Source: Bacilli bacterium (GTDB lineage: Bacteria > Bacillota_I > Bacilli_A > RFN20 > CAG-826). From it: a stretch of 64,000 bases of DNA. The translations under genes were made by a program, and so were the position numbers. The stretch covers positions 32,987 through 96,986 of the forward strand of contig DAOSDC010000005.1 of NCBI GenBank assembly GCA_035361955.1, read 5' to 3'. Positions 27,481 to 36,788 of this stretch are shown here, in pieces (position 1 is the first letter of the stretch; each line of letters starts with the position of its first letter). The notes beneath the pieces were generated by a model, which made no database searches, was not told where the DNA came from, and saw only the letters and a list, made by a program, of their open reading frames with translations.

Positions 27481-29808
27481 TCATCGCACCTCACTTTCTA
27501 TATCGAGTTCTCGTGGTGGGATGAACAGAGGCTGACGTATTGCGGAATATGGTCGCGGAGTTCCAAAAAGATAGGTTCCGACGACACCTCCGCGATAATA
27601 AAAGACGGTTCCGTCAGGATACTTCCATAGTCCGGCTGTATCTCTGAGTTCTATTGTTGGGGTTTTTACGACGCTGCTGGTACTGCTGAAAATTGCGTTA
27701 TACCAGTGATCAGGGGTTATCTCTGTTGAATAAAGCATGAATCCACCAAAATTTCCCTCATAAACCATCGTATAGCCAGGCCACACATTATTGGTTCCGC
27801 TGCGCCAAAAATAAGCAAAGTAATTGGGGGCGCTGACTTGGGTCTCAAAGAAATAGGTGATCGTGTTGGGATATTCTATGTCTGGAATAGTATATGGGCG
27901 TTCAGTTCCAAATAAATAACCATCAACTTCATTGTTGATCTCATAGAATATCGTACCTGTTGGATAATCGAGTAGATTGACATACTCGGTAAAGATTGAA
28001 CTGTTGTTGTTAACAAATCTAATCTCTGACCACATGCTGCTACTAAACTCGATTTTGTAAGTCCTAACTCCATCAATGTCCGTATCATATAACGCCATGA
28101 CTTCACCAGGCCATCCGTTGTTAATGGCCCCGTCTCGTAAGAAGGCATATTGAATTCGAGCGGGGTTCTTGGTCTCAAAGTAATATGTCAGGTTCGTGAT
28201 AGTTGGTTCATACGCAAATGTTGAATAACCACTTCCGTCAATATAAAAGGCAGTGTTTTCAGGATGTGAACCGAGTGGTATTTCGGGTGTTTCATGATAG
28301 ACTCCTTCAGCATCATAACCTCTAAAGATGACATAATTGAAAGTTCTTGTAATCGTGGCTTCATATAAGTACTTGTTATCGTTGGTCATTTCAACGAAGG
28401 TTAGCGATGTCGGTCCCAAAACAATTCCATCATAAAAATAAGCATAAAAATCGATTCCAAGCAGTGATGTCGAAGCATAATAGTACTTAATTTCTTCAAT
28501 CGCATCTAATAGATAATATGTATAGGCTGACGTGGCCGTGTTATTAATCGTCTTAAAACAGACGCCGGAGGGAAGACCGCGTAAATCAAGACTTGGAGTT
28601 TTTAGCAGGCCGGCACTAGAATCGTGGAAAATTATGTAATAAAATTCTTCCTCCATCATTGTGATTCCAAAGATTCGGCGACCATTGGATAATGTTTCAA
28701 TATAATTGGCATTAACGCCTGGCCATGCCGCATTTTCATGAGTTCCTCGATAAGCATAGGCATAGATTGTTGGAGAATTTACGGCTACTTCGTAATAGTA
28801 AGTTGCCAGTTTGCCGATGTTTTCAGGAATGTTCCCGCTTGCATAATCAAAAGCAAAATAATTGCCACTCTTAGTGTAAAAACACCATTTTTCACCCAAA
28901 TCATCATTTGAGTAATTTGATAAATCGATTGATGGCGTTGTTGGAGATCCTTCTGGTCCACTAAACTTGACGTAGTCAAAAATTCCTTTTTCTACCGTAA
29001 TTTTAAACATTTTCATCGATTCAAAATCCGCTAAAAATTCCATGTCGATACCTGGCCACATGTCCAATAACCGGATTGATGTCGTCCAAAAATACGCTTT
29101 AACGGTCTCTGTTTGATATGGACTTAAGAAATAGTAATCAATTGTTTCATCCCCATCATAAATGGTGATTAAATCATTGGGGTCTATCGATGAGGAAGAA
29201 TCAAGATTTAAGAGTTTGATGTTACGATGATATTCATTAAAGTCTTCTGGGGTGAAAATCAATTCATAGCTTCCGGCTCGGCGAAATACATGCTTACTAT
29301 TATTGATGTCAATGCCCCATTTAGTCGCGTGCGGGCTTAAATGATTGATAATCTGAAATTCTTCTTGATTATTAGCACTTACTTGAATTTTATATGTTAA
29401 TACCTCGGCGTCATAATCGCGAACGAGCGGTATTGCTGTCGATAAATCGTAATTGGTTGATTGAGAAATGTAATAGTAATCACCAATTGTTGAATCTTGG
29501 CTAGGATTCCATCGAGGATACAGGATAAGGTTGCTCATGACTGGTGTTTCAAACACGTACGGGTAAGTGAGTGCAAAATCTTCGTACCATCCTTGGAAAT
29601 CAAAACCCGCTTTCACCGGTGTCGAAGGACGTGCGATTGGTTCGCCTTCGCGAACGCGTATATTTGGCAGATTCGTGTCATGAAAATAAACACTATAGAA
29701 GGTGTCGCTATTGCTCTCTAGCGCCAATCCCGGCGCAAGATTCCCGCCTTGTATGATTAAATAGCACGCAATGATTCCAGTGAATATTTTCCCAACCGTT
29801 TTTTTCAT
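27481..29808 (-). CDS. Cell-surface protein: signal/anchor, one Listeria-Bacteroides (Flg_new-like) repeat, then five ~95-aa repeats resembling CBM25/CBM26 starch-binding modules; no catalytic domain
   Basis: N-terminal FDFQGWYED motif. Repeats share the pattern arom-x-Y-F-W..G...WPG..M....Y......Y.IIF.......KTP.I.L (e.g. YFAYFWRSGTNNVWPGYTMVY..YNAIFSSTSSVVKTPTIELRD), the consensus shape of CBM25/26. The true ATG (MKKTVGK) is 6 codons inside the TTG-initiated ORF-track entry. Confidence 0.55.
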   Translation of the reverse strand: MKKTVGKIFTGIIACYLIIQGGNLAPGLALESNSDTFYSVYFHDTNLPNIRVREGEPIARPSTPVKAGFDFQGWYEDFALTYPYVFETPVMSNLILYPRWNPSQDSTIGDYYYISQSTNYDLSTAIPLVRDYDAEVLTYKIQVSANNQEEFQIINHLSPHATKWGIDINNSKHVFRRAGSYELIFTPEDFNEYHRNIKLLNLDSSSSIDPNDLITIYDGDETIDYYFLSPYQTETVKAYFWTTSIRLLDMWPGIDMEFLADFESMKMFKITVEKGIFDYVKFSGPEGSPTTPSIDLSNYSNDDLGEKWCFYTKSGNYFAFDYASGNIPENIGKLATYYYEVAVNSPTIYAYAYRGTHENAAWPGVNANYIETLSNGRRIFGITMMEEEFYYIIFHDSSAGLLKTPSLDLRGLPSGVCFKTINNTATSAYTYYLLDAIEEIKYYYASTSLLGIDFYAYFYDGIVLGPTSLTFVEMTNDNKYLYEATITRTFNYVIFRGYDAEGVYHETPEIPLGSHPENTAFYIDGSGYSTFAYEPTITNLTYYFETKNPARIQYAFLRDGAINNGWPGEVMALYDTDIDGVRTYKIEFSSSMWSEIRFVNNNSSIFTEYVNLLDYPTGTIFYEINNEVDGYLFGTERPYTIPDIEYPNTITYFFETQVSAPNYFAYFWRSGTNNVWPGYTMVYEGNFGGFMLYSTEITPDHWYNAIFSSTSSVVKTPTIELRDTAGLWKYPDGTVFYYRGGVVGTYLFGTPRPYSAIRQPLFIPPRELDIESEVR

Positions 29809-29949
29809 AATAAAAGTTCCCCACAAATGGAATAAGACTAATAAAAGTATCTCATTGTGAGATATTTTTATGTATTCATGGTTTGCTGATATATGTTGAA
29901 ATAGTGCTATTAGAGAAGAATGTATTTAAGAAACAAAACGCAAGTGATG

Positions 29950-30876
29950 TCACTTTTGTGACAATATACGATATTTATTTGGTGTCAGTCCGCTGTTATG
30001 TCGCTTAAACACTTGGATAAAATAACCGGCATTACTAAATCCAACTTCTTGAGCAATTTCATCTAAAGATAAATCGGAACGTGTCAATAATGCTTTGGAA
30101 CGGTTAATAGACATTTCGTTTATAAAATCATTTATTGTGTTTCCCGTATGTTTTTTGAACAGACGCGAAAAATGAAATTCGCTATATCCAAATTTTTCCG
30201 CAAGTTGTTTGATTGTGATTCGTTCACTTAAATGCTCACTTAGAAAAGCCGCTGCTTTTTTTATCATTCTCAATTGATTCGTTTGCGGTACAAAGACATG
30301 ACTTTCCTGAAGATAGCCAAAACGAGCCAGATTGAAAAACAAAGCATACATTTCGCTTTTTATGAGCATTTCGAACATTTTTGGTTTTGTCTTAAGATTA
30401 TCCTCAATAGTAATAATCCGTTCGATAATAAAATCATAACCAGGATCTCCTGGATGTAGTATTTCAAAAATAATTGTTTGCCCTTCCCGTAATGGTTTAA
30501 AAACCGCTTTTTCTACCAAATCGTTTTCATGTCCCGATAGTAAAGATAAGTCGAATACGATGGCGTTGATTGTTAAGAAGTCCGCACCCATCACTTGACG
30601 AATTTGATGTAATTCATTTCTTGACACAAAAACGATGTCACCTGGATGGACATTGAAAATATGTCCATCTATATAAACATCAGCTTCTCCTTTAATAACA
30701 TGCATTAGCTCGAATTCTTTATGCCAATGAAGATAACAATTCTTAAAACCAGAATAAACAGATTCATAAAGACGAATAGGAAATTCTGGCTCACCGTGCT
30801 TTTTGTTTTCGTAATAGTTTGCGTCGACGCCCATGATACTATCTTTATTAATAATAAAGTTGGCTGTTGATACCAT
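29950..30876 (-). CDS. AraC-family transcriptional regulator (cupin sensor plus HTH_AraC)
   Basis: C-terminal AraC HTH (ITIKQLAEKFGYSEFHFSRLFKKHTG...SLDEIAQEVGFSNAGYFIQVFKRHNSGLTPNKYR) and N-terminal cupin-like domain. Confidence 0.85.
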   Translation of the reverse strand: MVSTANFIINKDSIMGVDANYYENKKHGEPEFPIRLYESVYSGFKNCYLHWHKEFELMHVIKGEADVYIDGHIFNVHPGDIVFVSRNELHQIRQVMGADFLTINAIVFDLSLLSGHENDLVEKAVFKPLREGQTIIFEILHPGDPGYDFIIERIITIEDNLKTKPKMFEMLIKSEMYALFFNLARFGYLQESHVFVPQTNQLRMIKKAAAFLSEHLSERITIKQLAEKFGYSEFHFSRLFKKHTGNTINDFINEMSINRSKALLTRSDLSLDEIAQEVGFSNAGYFIQVFKRHNSGLTPNKYRILSQK

Positions 30877-30969
30877 GCAATAGGTCAGTTCATATAAAAT
30901 TTAACTTTTGTGCGAAATAAAAGCGGCAAATATAATACCGCTTCTATCAATATTGTTTTAATCTTTCGT

Positions 30970-32142
30970 CTAATTAGTTCGTCTTTGTCGTATTTTTAAG
31001 TATAAGGCAGCAAACGCGGCCATTGTTGCAAATCCAAAGACAATCATTTCCAGTGTTGATTTGCTGTAATTTTGATTTACAAACCCGACCTCTGGACCTT
31101 CGGGTATGGCGTTGTATAGATATTCCATCATATCCCATTTGTCTTGGACTGGAACCGAACTCGTTTTTATTACGTCGCTCTTGTAATTGCCGTCTTCAAT
31201 ATCGGTTTGTTCGTGATCAATTAGTGTCAAGGAAGAAAGATCGGTAGATTCAAGGTTGTTATACCAATAAGTTTCTAAATTGGCCCAGGCTCCATATCCA
31301 TTTAGTGTGCTGTCTGTGCATGTTGTATAACCTTCAAGGACTTTCGCAAAAGCATCGGTCCGAATATTTGTGGGGGCAGCATCAACTACTGGTGCACTTC
31401 CTTTTGTGGAGGTAGGTAGGGCATACAATTTATAATGATTGGACGAAATGCCCGTCGTTGATCCCTTTGTTCCCAAATCAGTTGGAATATTAAGTGAATA
31501 AACCTGCCAATAACCCGAACTCACGGGAATATCTGCATAGTAATATGAAGCGCTTCTAGAATCATCAATACTAAAATAATTTAAATAGTAATGGGTATTG
31601 TCATCAACGCGTAAAGTAAGTGGATATCCTTGACTACCATACCAATTTGCAAAGTAATTAGTAATCCATATTCTCATCGTGGTTGGTGAAGAATGAAGAT
31701 GGGCTGATGGCTTGTCGGTTTTGGCAATCGGTTCATTACTGGAATTAACCATGAACATTATGCTAGTGGCGCTATAGGTGATTGAACTCGATGTGGCTAA
31801 CAATTCATCGGACGAGTTGTATTTCGAAAAAGTGAATTGGGTTACATCGTTTGGTAAATCAAAGTACCACATGAATGTGGTGGTGGATGAACCAGCGCTT
31901 GTAAGATCCAAAACCATTTCTGAAGTTGTCGGGATATCATCTGTGGTGTAGTTTATTTTCATAACTTCGCCAGATGCACCCCAAACAGAACTTGATGTAT
32001 TACCAAAAAAGTGCACTCTCTTTGTTGGTTCTGTCACGACAGCGGCGTCTACTTTGATGGTTGCATCGATTGCTGGTTTTGTGCTTATTCCGAAAAGCAG
32101 TACCATGCCGCAAATTGCTACAAGCATTGACATTTTTTTCAT
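30970..32142 (-). CDS. Secreted protein with a C-terminal TM anchor, unknown function
   Basis: N-terminal signal peptide, a T/S-rich mature region and a C-terminal hydrophobic helix followed by KIRQRRTN. Confidence 0.45.
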   Translation of the reverse strand: MKKMSMLVAICGMVLLFGISTKPAIDATIKVDAAVVTEPTKRVHFFGNTSSSVWGASGEVMKINYTTDDIPTTSEMVLDLTSAGSSTTTFMWYFDLPNDVTQFTFSKYNSSDELLATSSSITYSATSIMFMVNSSNEPIAKTDKPSAHLHSSPTTMRIWITNYFANWYGSQGYPLTLRVDDNTHYYLNYFSIDDSRSASYYYADIPVSSGYWQVYSLNIPTDLGTKGSTTGISSNHYKLYALPTSTKGSAPVVDAAPTNIRTDAFAKVLEGYTTCTDSTLNGYGAWANLETYWYNNLESTDLSSLTLIDHEQTDIEDGNYKSDVIKTSSVPVQDKWDMMEYLYNAIPEGPEVGFVNQNYSKSTLEMIVFGFATMAAFAALYLKIRQRRTN

Positions 32143-32443
32143 TTATTTTTTCTCCTTGTTGTGGATTAATGTCGATATTTTTAGTTAAAAAATTCTCGAC
32201 ATTGTCGATGTATATCAATTATTAACTTTTTACATTCGTAATCCCATCTACGTATTTGCTGAAAAATATCGATATACTGCTTTCGCCATGAAGAGGAACT
32301 CGTTTAGAAAATAATGTTGACCAAGGAGTAGGCATGGAAAATATCATCATGTTAATATGAAAGAAATCACGAATTGGTGCATGTTGATACATTGCCGACA
32401 AACAGCGTTTGCCACGTATTAATAATGTGCCTATGGAGAAATC

Positions 32444-34015
32444 ATGAATAAGAAAGCAATTGCCGCTATCGCCGTCATGAGTATCAGTTTTTTGGGCTAT
32501 ATGGTGGGGGTGTTTGCCCCCCAAAAAGAGGGGCGCCCAGTTTCTAAAATCAATGATTATATTTACACTCAAGTGAGCGATGGATACAAAATTGCCAAAG
32601 GGGCTTCATTCATCGGTCGCAGTGAACTATATCTACCAGCGGAGTATGATGGACAACCAGTGACTGAAATTGCCGCGAATGGATTTGAAAATGCCAATCT
32701 ACGCGTCGTTTATGTGCCACCCTCAGTCAAGCGTATCGGTCAATATGCGTTTAAAGATAATCCGCTGCTTGTTTATATGGAAATACCTTCATCAGTGATT
32801 ACCGTCGGGCAACGCGTATTCGAAGGTAATATTCATAATGCAACCTATGTGCGCATTGGAGGTCAACACGCTGGTACGCGCTGGTATGCCACCTCTGATG
32901 CTTGGCGCTACACGGGCACTGGCACCGATCAAGTAGCCAATGTCTGGTATGAAGTTGGCTATAAGCTTGAGTATGAGAAGCCCGATTACCATGAGATCAG
33001 CATCAATACCGTAACATACGATAAAGACGGCAATGAAGTATCAGCCATCGGCGTGGGCACACGAGTAAAACAAATATTGACGTATGGTGATGAGCACTTA
33101 GAAATAAAATTGGAAAACGATTCCGTGACCTGGGTTCCTTATAACACGGTTTCGCTCAGGAATAACCAACACGCCTTTGTTCACAAACAGATTTACGCCT
33201 CGATGACATACCTCAATCCATTTGATACGCAATCAGCCACGCTGAGTAATTACAATAACGATTACCGTAGCATTGATGCTAACCTTCACAAATTAATCCG
33301 CATCATTGCCATGGATTACCGGCTTGAACGAGATATCATGGATTATGATATCTTCCACAAAATTAATTATTATCTTGTCGAAGTCGAATCCGGGGAAGTT
33401 GGTTGGGTGCGTACAGAACACATTCTCCACGAACGTTTTAAACCAGCATTAGCGATTGGGTTTATATTTCATCCGCTTCGTAATTTCTTCGTGCTAGGCG
33501 AATCGGGCGTCTTCACTTTAATTGCGTTTTTGCTATTCTACTATGCACCGTTAATTGCTTTCGGTCTGGGAATTCGTTCATTGGGCAATGCGTTAAGCGA
33601 AAAAATCAATGGTAATAAACTGTTCAAAATAATGCTGATTGGCATCACGGTGTTTCAAATAATCTTGTTCCCATCGCTCGTAAGCGCCTATTATTCATTT
33701 AATTCATTCATGGGTATTTTATTTGCTTTTGGTGGGTTGGGTTTTACGACATTAATGTATTGGGCTGTAGCCCGTGGTATTCCAAACCGTCGTCTTTGCC
33801 CCAACTGCAATATGTGGGATGGCGTCATTCAAAACCAATATGTTACTAAAAAGTGGAATGAAACGACAACAACGACGACAACAACGACATATACGGATGG
33901 CTCTCAAAAAGTCGACCGTGATTGGAAGACCGAGAAGAAACAAGAAACCATGTATGATTGCGAGTGCCCCCACTGCGGAGAAACTTGGAACTTCACCGAA
34001 GTTGGCAGTCGTTAA
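32444..34015 (+). CDS. Membrane protein with a BspA-type leucine-rich-repeat-like ectodomain, multi-TM region, poly-Thr tract and C-terminal Cys4 zinc-ribbon
   Basis: N-terminal TM. LRR_5-like stretch (EIAANGFENANLRVVYVPPSVKRIGQYAFKDNPLLVYMEIPSSVITVGQRVFEGN). About 4 TM helices, then CPNCNMW...T10...CECPHCGETW. Confidence 0.5.
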   Translation: MNKKAIAAIAVMSISFLGYMVGVFAPQKEGRPVSKINDYIYTQVSDGYKIAKGASFIGRSELYLPAEYDGQPVTEIAANGFENANLRVVYVPPSVKRIGQYAFKDNPLLVYMEIPSSVITVGQRVFEGNIHNATYVRIGGQHAGTRWYATSDAWRYTGTGTDQVANVWYEVGYKLEYEKPDYHEISINTVTYDKDGNEVSAIGVGTRVKQILTYGDEHLEIKLENDSVTWVPYNTVSLRNNQHAFVHKQIYASMTYLNPFDTQSATLSNYNNDYRSIDANLHKLIRIIAMDYRLERDIMDYDIFHKINYYLVEVESGEVGWVRTEHILHERFKPALAIGFIFHPLRNFFVLGESGVFTLIAFLLFYYAPLIAFGLGIRSLGNALSEKINGNKLFKIMLIGITVFQIILFPSLVSAYYSFNSFMGILFAFGGLGFTTLMYWAVARGIPNRRLCPNCNMWDGVIQNQYVTKKWNETTTTTTTTTYTDGSQKVDRDWKTEKKQETMYDCECPHCGETWNFTEVGSR

Positions 34016-34148
34016 GCGCTAATATTGATTGGGTTTCTTAAATTTAGTTATTTCGTCACGTCGCGTTTGTTACTATTAAACATATAGTTATCGTGTTTCT
34101 CGTCCATGACGTGAAATAAATCATATTTGTATAGGTGCGCGATCATCA

Positions 34149-36503
34149 ATGAACAAACGAGCCTTCGTATCCCAACTCATCTTCTTCACGCTGGTCATCA
34201 GCTATACGATTTTGTATTCCCTGCTTTATTTCGTGCCGGCGATAACGTATTTGCACCGAGCGTTTTTGATGTTGGGTTTCTTCTATTTGGTGCTGTTTTG
34301 GTTTTTGAATGATTTTGGTGAACGTTCGCCACTTGTCAAATGGACCACCAGCGCGGTGCTAATCACGCTTCTGGCCCAATTTGTTATTGAGTTGGTCGGA
34401 CTCCATGAATTCGTCCACGCCAATCCAATCTTGAACTTCATCGTCCATTTCTTATTCGGCATCGCATATTTCATTTTTGCGCTCAGCGTGTTCAAAGAGT
34501 CGTTCATACAGGCGACAAATCGCCATATTCGCAAAGCTTCGTTTGATTATAATGATGCGGTTTTATTCGATTATGACAAACGGAAACGGACTATCGATAT
34601 TCAGTTTTCGCAATCCTTTTGTGACAAGTACAAATTGGAACATCCATCGTTGTCCTTGAGCGAAGTGGAGTTTCGCCAACTTGTCGTTCAAGAAGATTTA
34701 GCAAAATCGAATTGGTTTGACGAACGGCTGCCTCATGATGCCATCATTAATCAAAAATACCATGTGAATTTTTCAAATATCCCGACGAGTGTTGCCCTTC
34801 AAGTCAAAGGATCATATCAAGTTAACACACGCGTTGTTGTGTTGGCGTTTGATGTCAGCGCACTAGAAACCGCGGAGGCTGATTTGCTATCGTCTAATTC
34901 ACGCCGAATTGAACTACTAGAAAATTTGCCACTCGGTATTATTGAGCAAAAACCGATTTTTGATGATAAAGGTGTATTTATCGATTATGAATACATATAT
35001 TGCAACAAAGCATTTGGACGGATGACCGGCTATCCGCCTGATGTCGTTGTTGGAAACAAAGCCTCGGTCATCATCCCCAATCAATACAAAGAACGCATCA
35101 CCAAATTCGGACAAGCGATTCTCGATGGCAAATCGGTATCGTTTGACACGACGATTCAACCGATAAATCACACATTCTCGGTCAATGTATATCCCACCGT
35201 AAATAAAACGTTCATCTCGATTTATAAAGACATCCACCAACTTAAAGTGCTAAACGAACAACTCCATTATTTGGCGACGCACGACAAGATGACAAACTTG
35301 TACAATCAGCGCGGCCTTCTGGAAATGCTTGAGGAAAGAACAGACATTAAGACGGCGGTCTGCTTTTACGTTTCCATCGGCAATTACGAACGAATTTACG
35401 ATTTTTATGGATATACGTTTATTGAAGGTATTCTCAAACAGTTATCGGATGCCTATATTCCTTATATTCGCTCCGGCCATCTCGTGGCCACGACAAGTTC
35501 CAGCGATTTAATCGTGTTGTTAGTCAATCCCACAAGCAAAGAAGTCAATCAAGCATTAGAAGCCGCGCGCGCCAGCGTCTACCGCAAGATGACGATTGAA
35601 CATACGCAAGTGCTCGTCAAACAAAATATCGGTTATGCAGTGCTTGGCGAACACGCCGATAATATTCAACAGTTAATCGCCTGCGCGTCGTTGGCGATGT
35701 CAGAAGCCGCTTCAAGCGAACACAACATCATCGTCAAATACGTACCGAAACTTAAAGAAACGCTTGAGCACAACATCGCCATGGCTAACAAGCTCGATGA
35801 AGCGCTTGAAAATGGCCTGATTCGCATCGCCTTCCAAAACATCGTCGATTCGCGAACGGGTGAGGTCGTGCTATTAGAAGCGCTGGCCCGCTGGACCGAT
35901 GACAAAATGGGTTACATCGCTCCCGATGTCATCTTTGAATTTGCCAAAAAATCGAACATGATCGATTTACTTGATGACTATTTGCTTGAAAACACACTGA
36001 AAGAATATGCGAGACTTAGGCAAAAGGGTGTGACCGGCCGCTTATCATTGAACGTGTCGGCACCAGCATTTTTGCGCGCTACATTCCGGCGGACCGTCAT
36101 TGAAAAGGCCAAAGAATACCAACTTACGCCAGATAGTATCGTCATTGAGGTATCAGAAACGACATTTGTGCGCAACATCGAGCAAACGATTGCGATGATT
36201 AAGAATTATAAAATCGATGGCTTTCTAATTGCCATTGACGATTTTGGGAGCCAATATTCGTCAATCGGCATTCTAGACTTAATTCCTTACGATTACTTGA
36301 AACTAGATGGTATCTTCGCCAGCCGGCTCGGATCAGAAAATATTAAAGAGTTAATTCGCGTCCTCGTAAGCATTACTGAACGCGACAATGGTCAAATAAT
36401 CGCTGAGAAGATTGAAAATGAAGCGATGGTCGCTTTAATGCAAAATCTCGGCTGTCATATCCATCAGGGCTATCACTATCACCGTCCACAAATATTTGAA
36501 TGA
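34149..36503 (+). CDS. Membrane sensor with PAS, degenerate GGDEF and EAL domains (c-di-GMP phosphodiesterase)
   Basis: About 6 N-terminal TM helices and a PAS-like region. The GGDEF-domain region lacks the GG[DE]EF signature (SSSDLIVLL). EAL domain has LLEALARW, EVSET and IAIDDFGSQYSS. Confidence 0.8.
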   Translation: MNKRAFVSQLIFFTLVISYTILYSLLYFVPAITYLHRAFLMLGFFYLVLFWFLNDFGERSPLVKWTTSAVLITLLAQFVIELVGLHEFVHANPILNFIVHFLFGIAYFIFALSVFKESFIQATNRHIRKASFDYNDAVLFDYDKRKRTIDIQFSQSFCDKYKLEHPSLSLSEVEFRQLVVQEDLAKSNWFDERLPHDAIINQKYHVNFSNIPTSVALQVKGSYQVNTRVVVLAFDVSALETAEADLLSSNSRRIELLENLPLGIIEQKPIFDDKGVFIDYEYIYCNKAFGRMTGYPPDVVVGNKASVIIPNQYKERITKFGQAILDGKSVSFDTTIQPINHTFSVNVYPTVNKTFISIYKDIHQLKVLNEQLHYLATHDKMTNLYNQRGLLEMLEERTDIKTAVCFYVSIGNYERIYDFYGYTFIEGILKQLSDAYIPYIRSGHLVATTSSSDLIVLLVNPTSKEVNQALEAARASVYRKMTIEHTQVLVKQNIGYAVLGEHADNIQQLIACASLAMSEAASSEHNIIVKYVPKLKETLEHNIAMANKLDEALENGLIRIAFQNIVDSRTGEVVLLEALARWTDDKMGYIAPDVIFEFAKKSNMIDLLDDYLLENTLKEYARLRQKGVTGRLSLNVSAPAFLRATFRRTVIEKAKEYQLTPDSIVIEVSETTFVRNIEQTIAMIKNYKIDGFLIAIDDFGSQYSSIGILDLIPYDYLKLDGIFASRLGSENIKELIRVLVSITERDNGQIIAEKIENEAMVALMQNLGCHIHQGYHYHRPQIFE

Positions 36504-36526
36504 CGATGATGACCGGTCTATATAAA

Positions 36527-36555
36527 CGAAAAGGGCTGATAATCAGCCCTTTGTT
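36527..36555. terminator. Bidirectional rho-independent terminator
   Basis: AAGGGCTGAT-a-ATCAGCCCTT followed by TTGTTATTT, between convergent genes. Confidence 0.6.
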
Positions 36556-36788
36556 ATTTCACAGAAGAAACGATTGGTCTAAAGCGGCGTGTCATAATAC
36601 GGTTTTGGCACCTTTGCCGTTAAATTGCATAAGATTTAGCGCTCTTAAAAAATAGGTCTCTATAAAAAGATAAATTTTTTTCTACACACGATAATTTATC
36701 GGTTGTTTTGGGGAAATGGTAAGTGTGAAACTCATTGTTGCGTCAACCCTCCCCAATTCGGTTTAACTATCTGTATTTTATTCTCGTG

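Noticed and set aside
32222-32572. ORF 32222..32572 (-), 116 aa
   Set aside because: It overlaps the 5' end and promoter region of the 32444 (+) gene, has no supporting motif, and is likely spurious.
34030-34130. Inverted TCACGTC ... GACGTGA (CRE-like) upstream of the PAS-GGDEF-EAL gene
   Set aside because: Arms are short (7 bp) and ~45 nt apart, which could occur by chance. No cognate regulator nearby.
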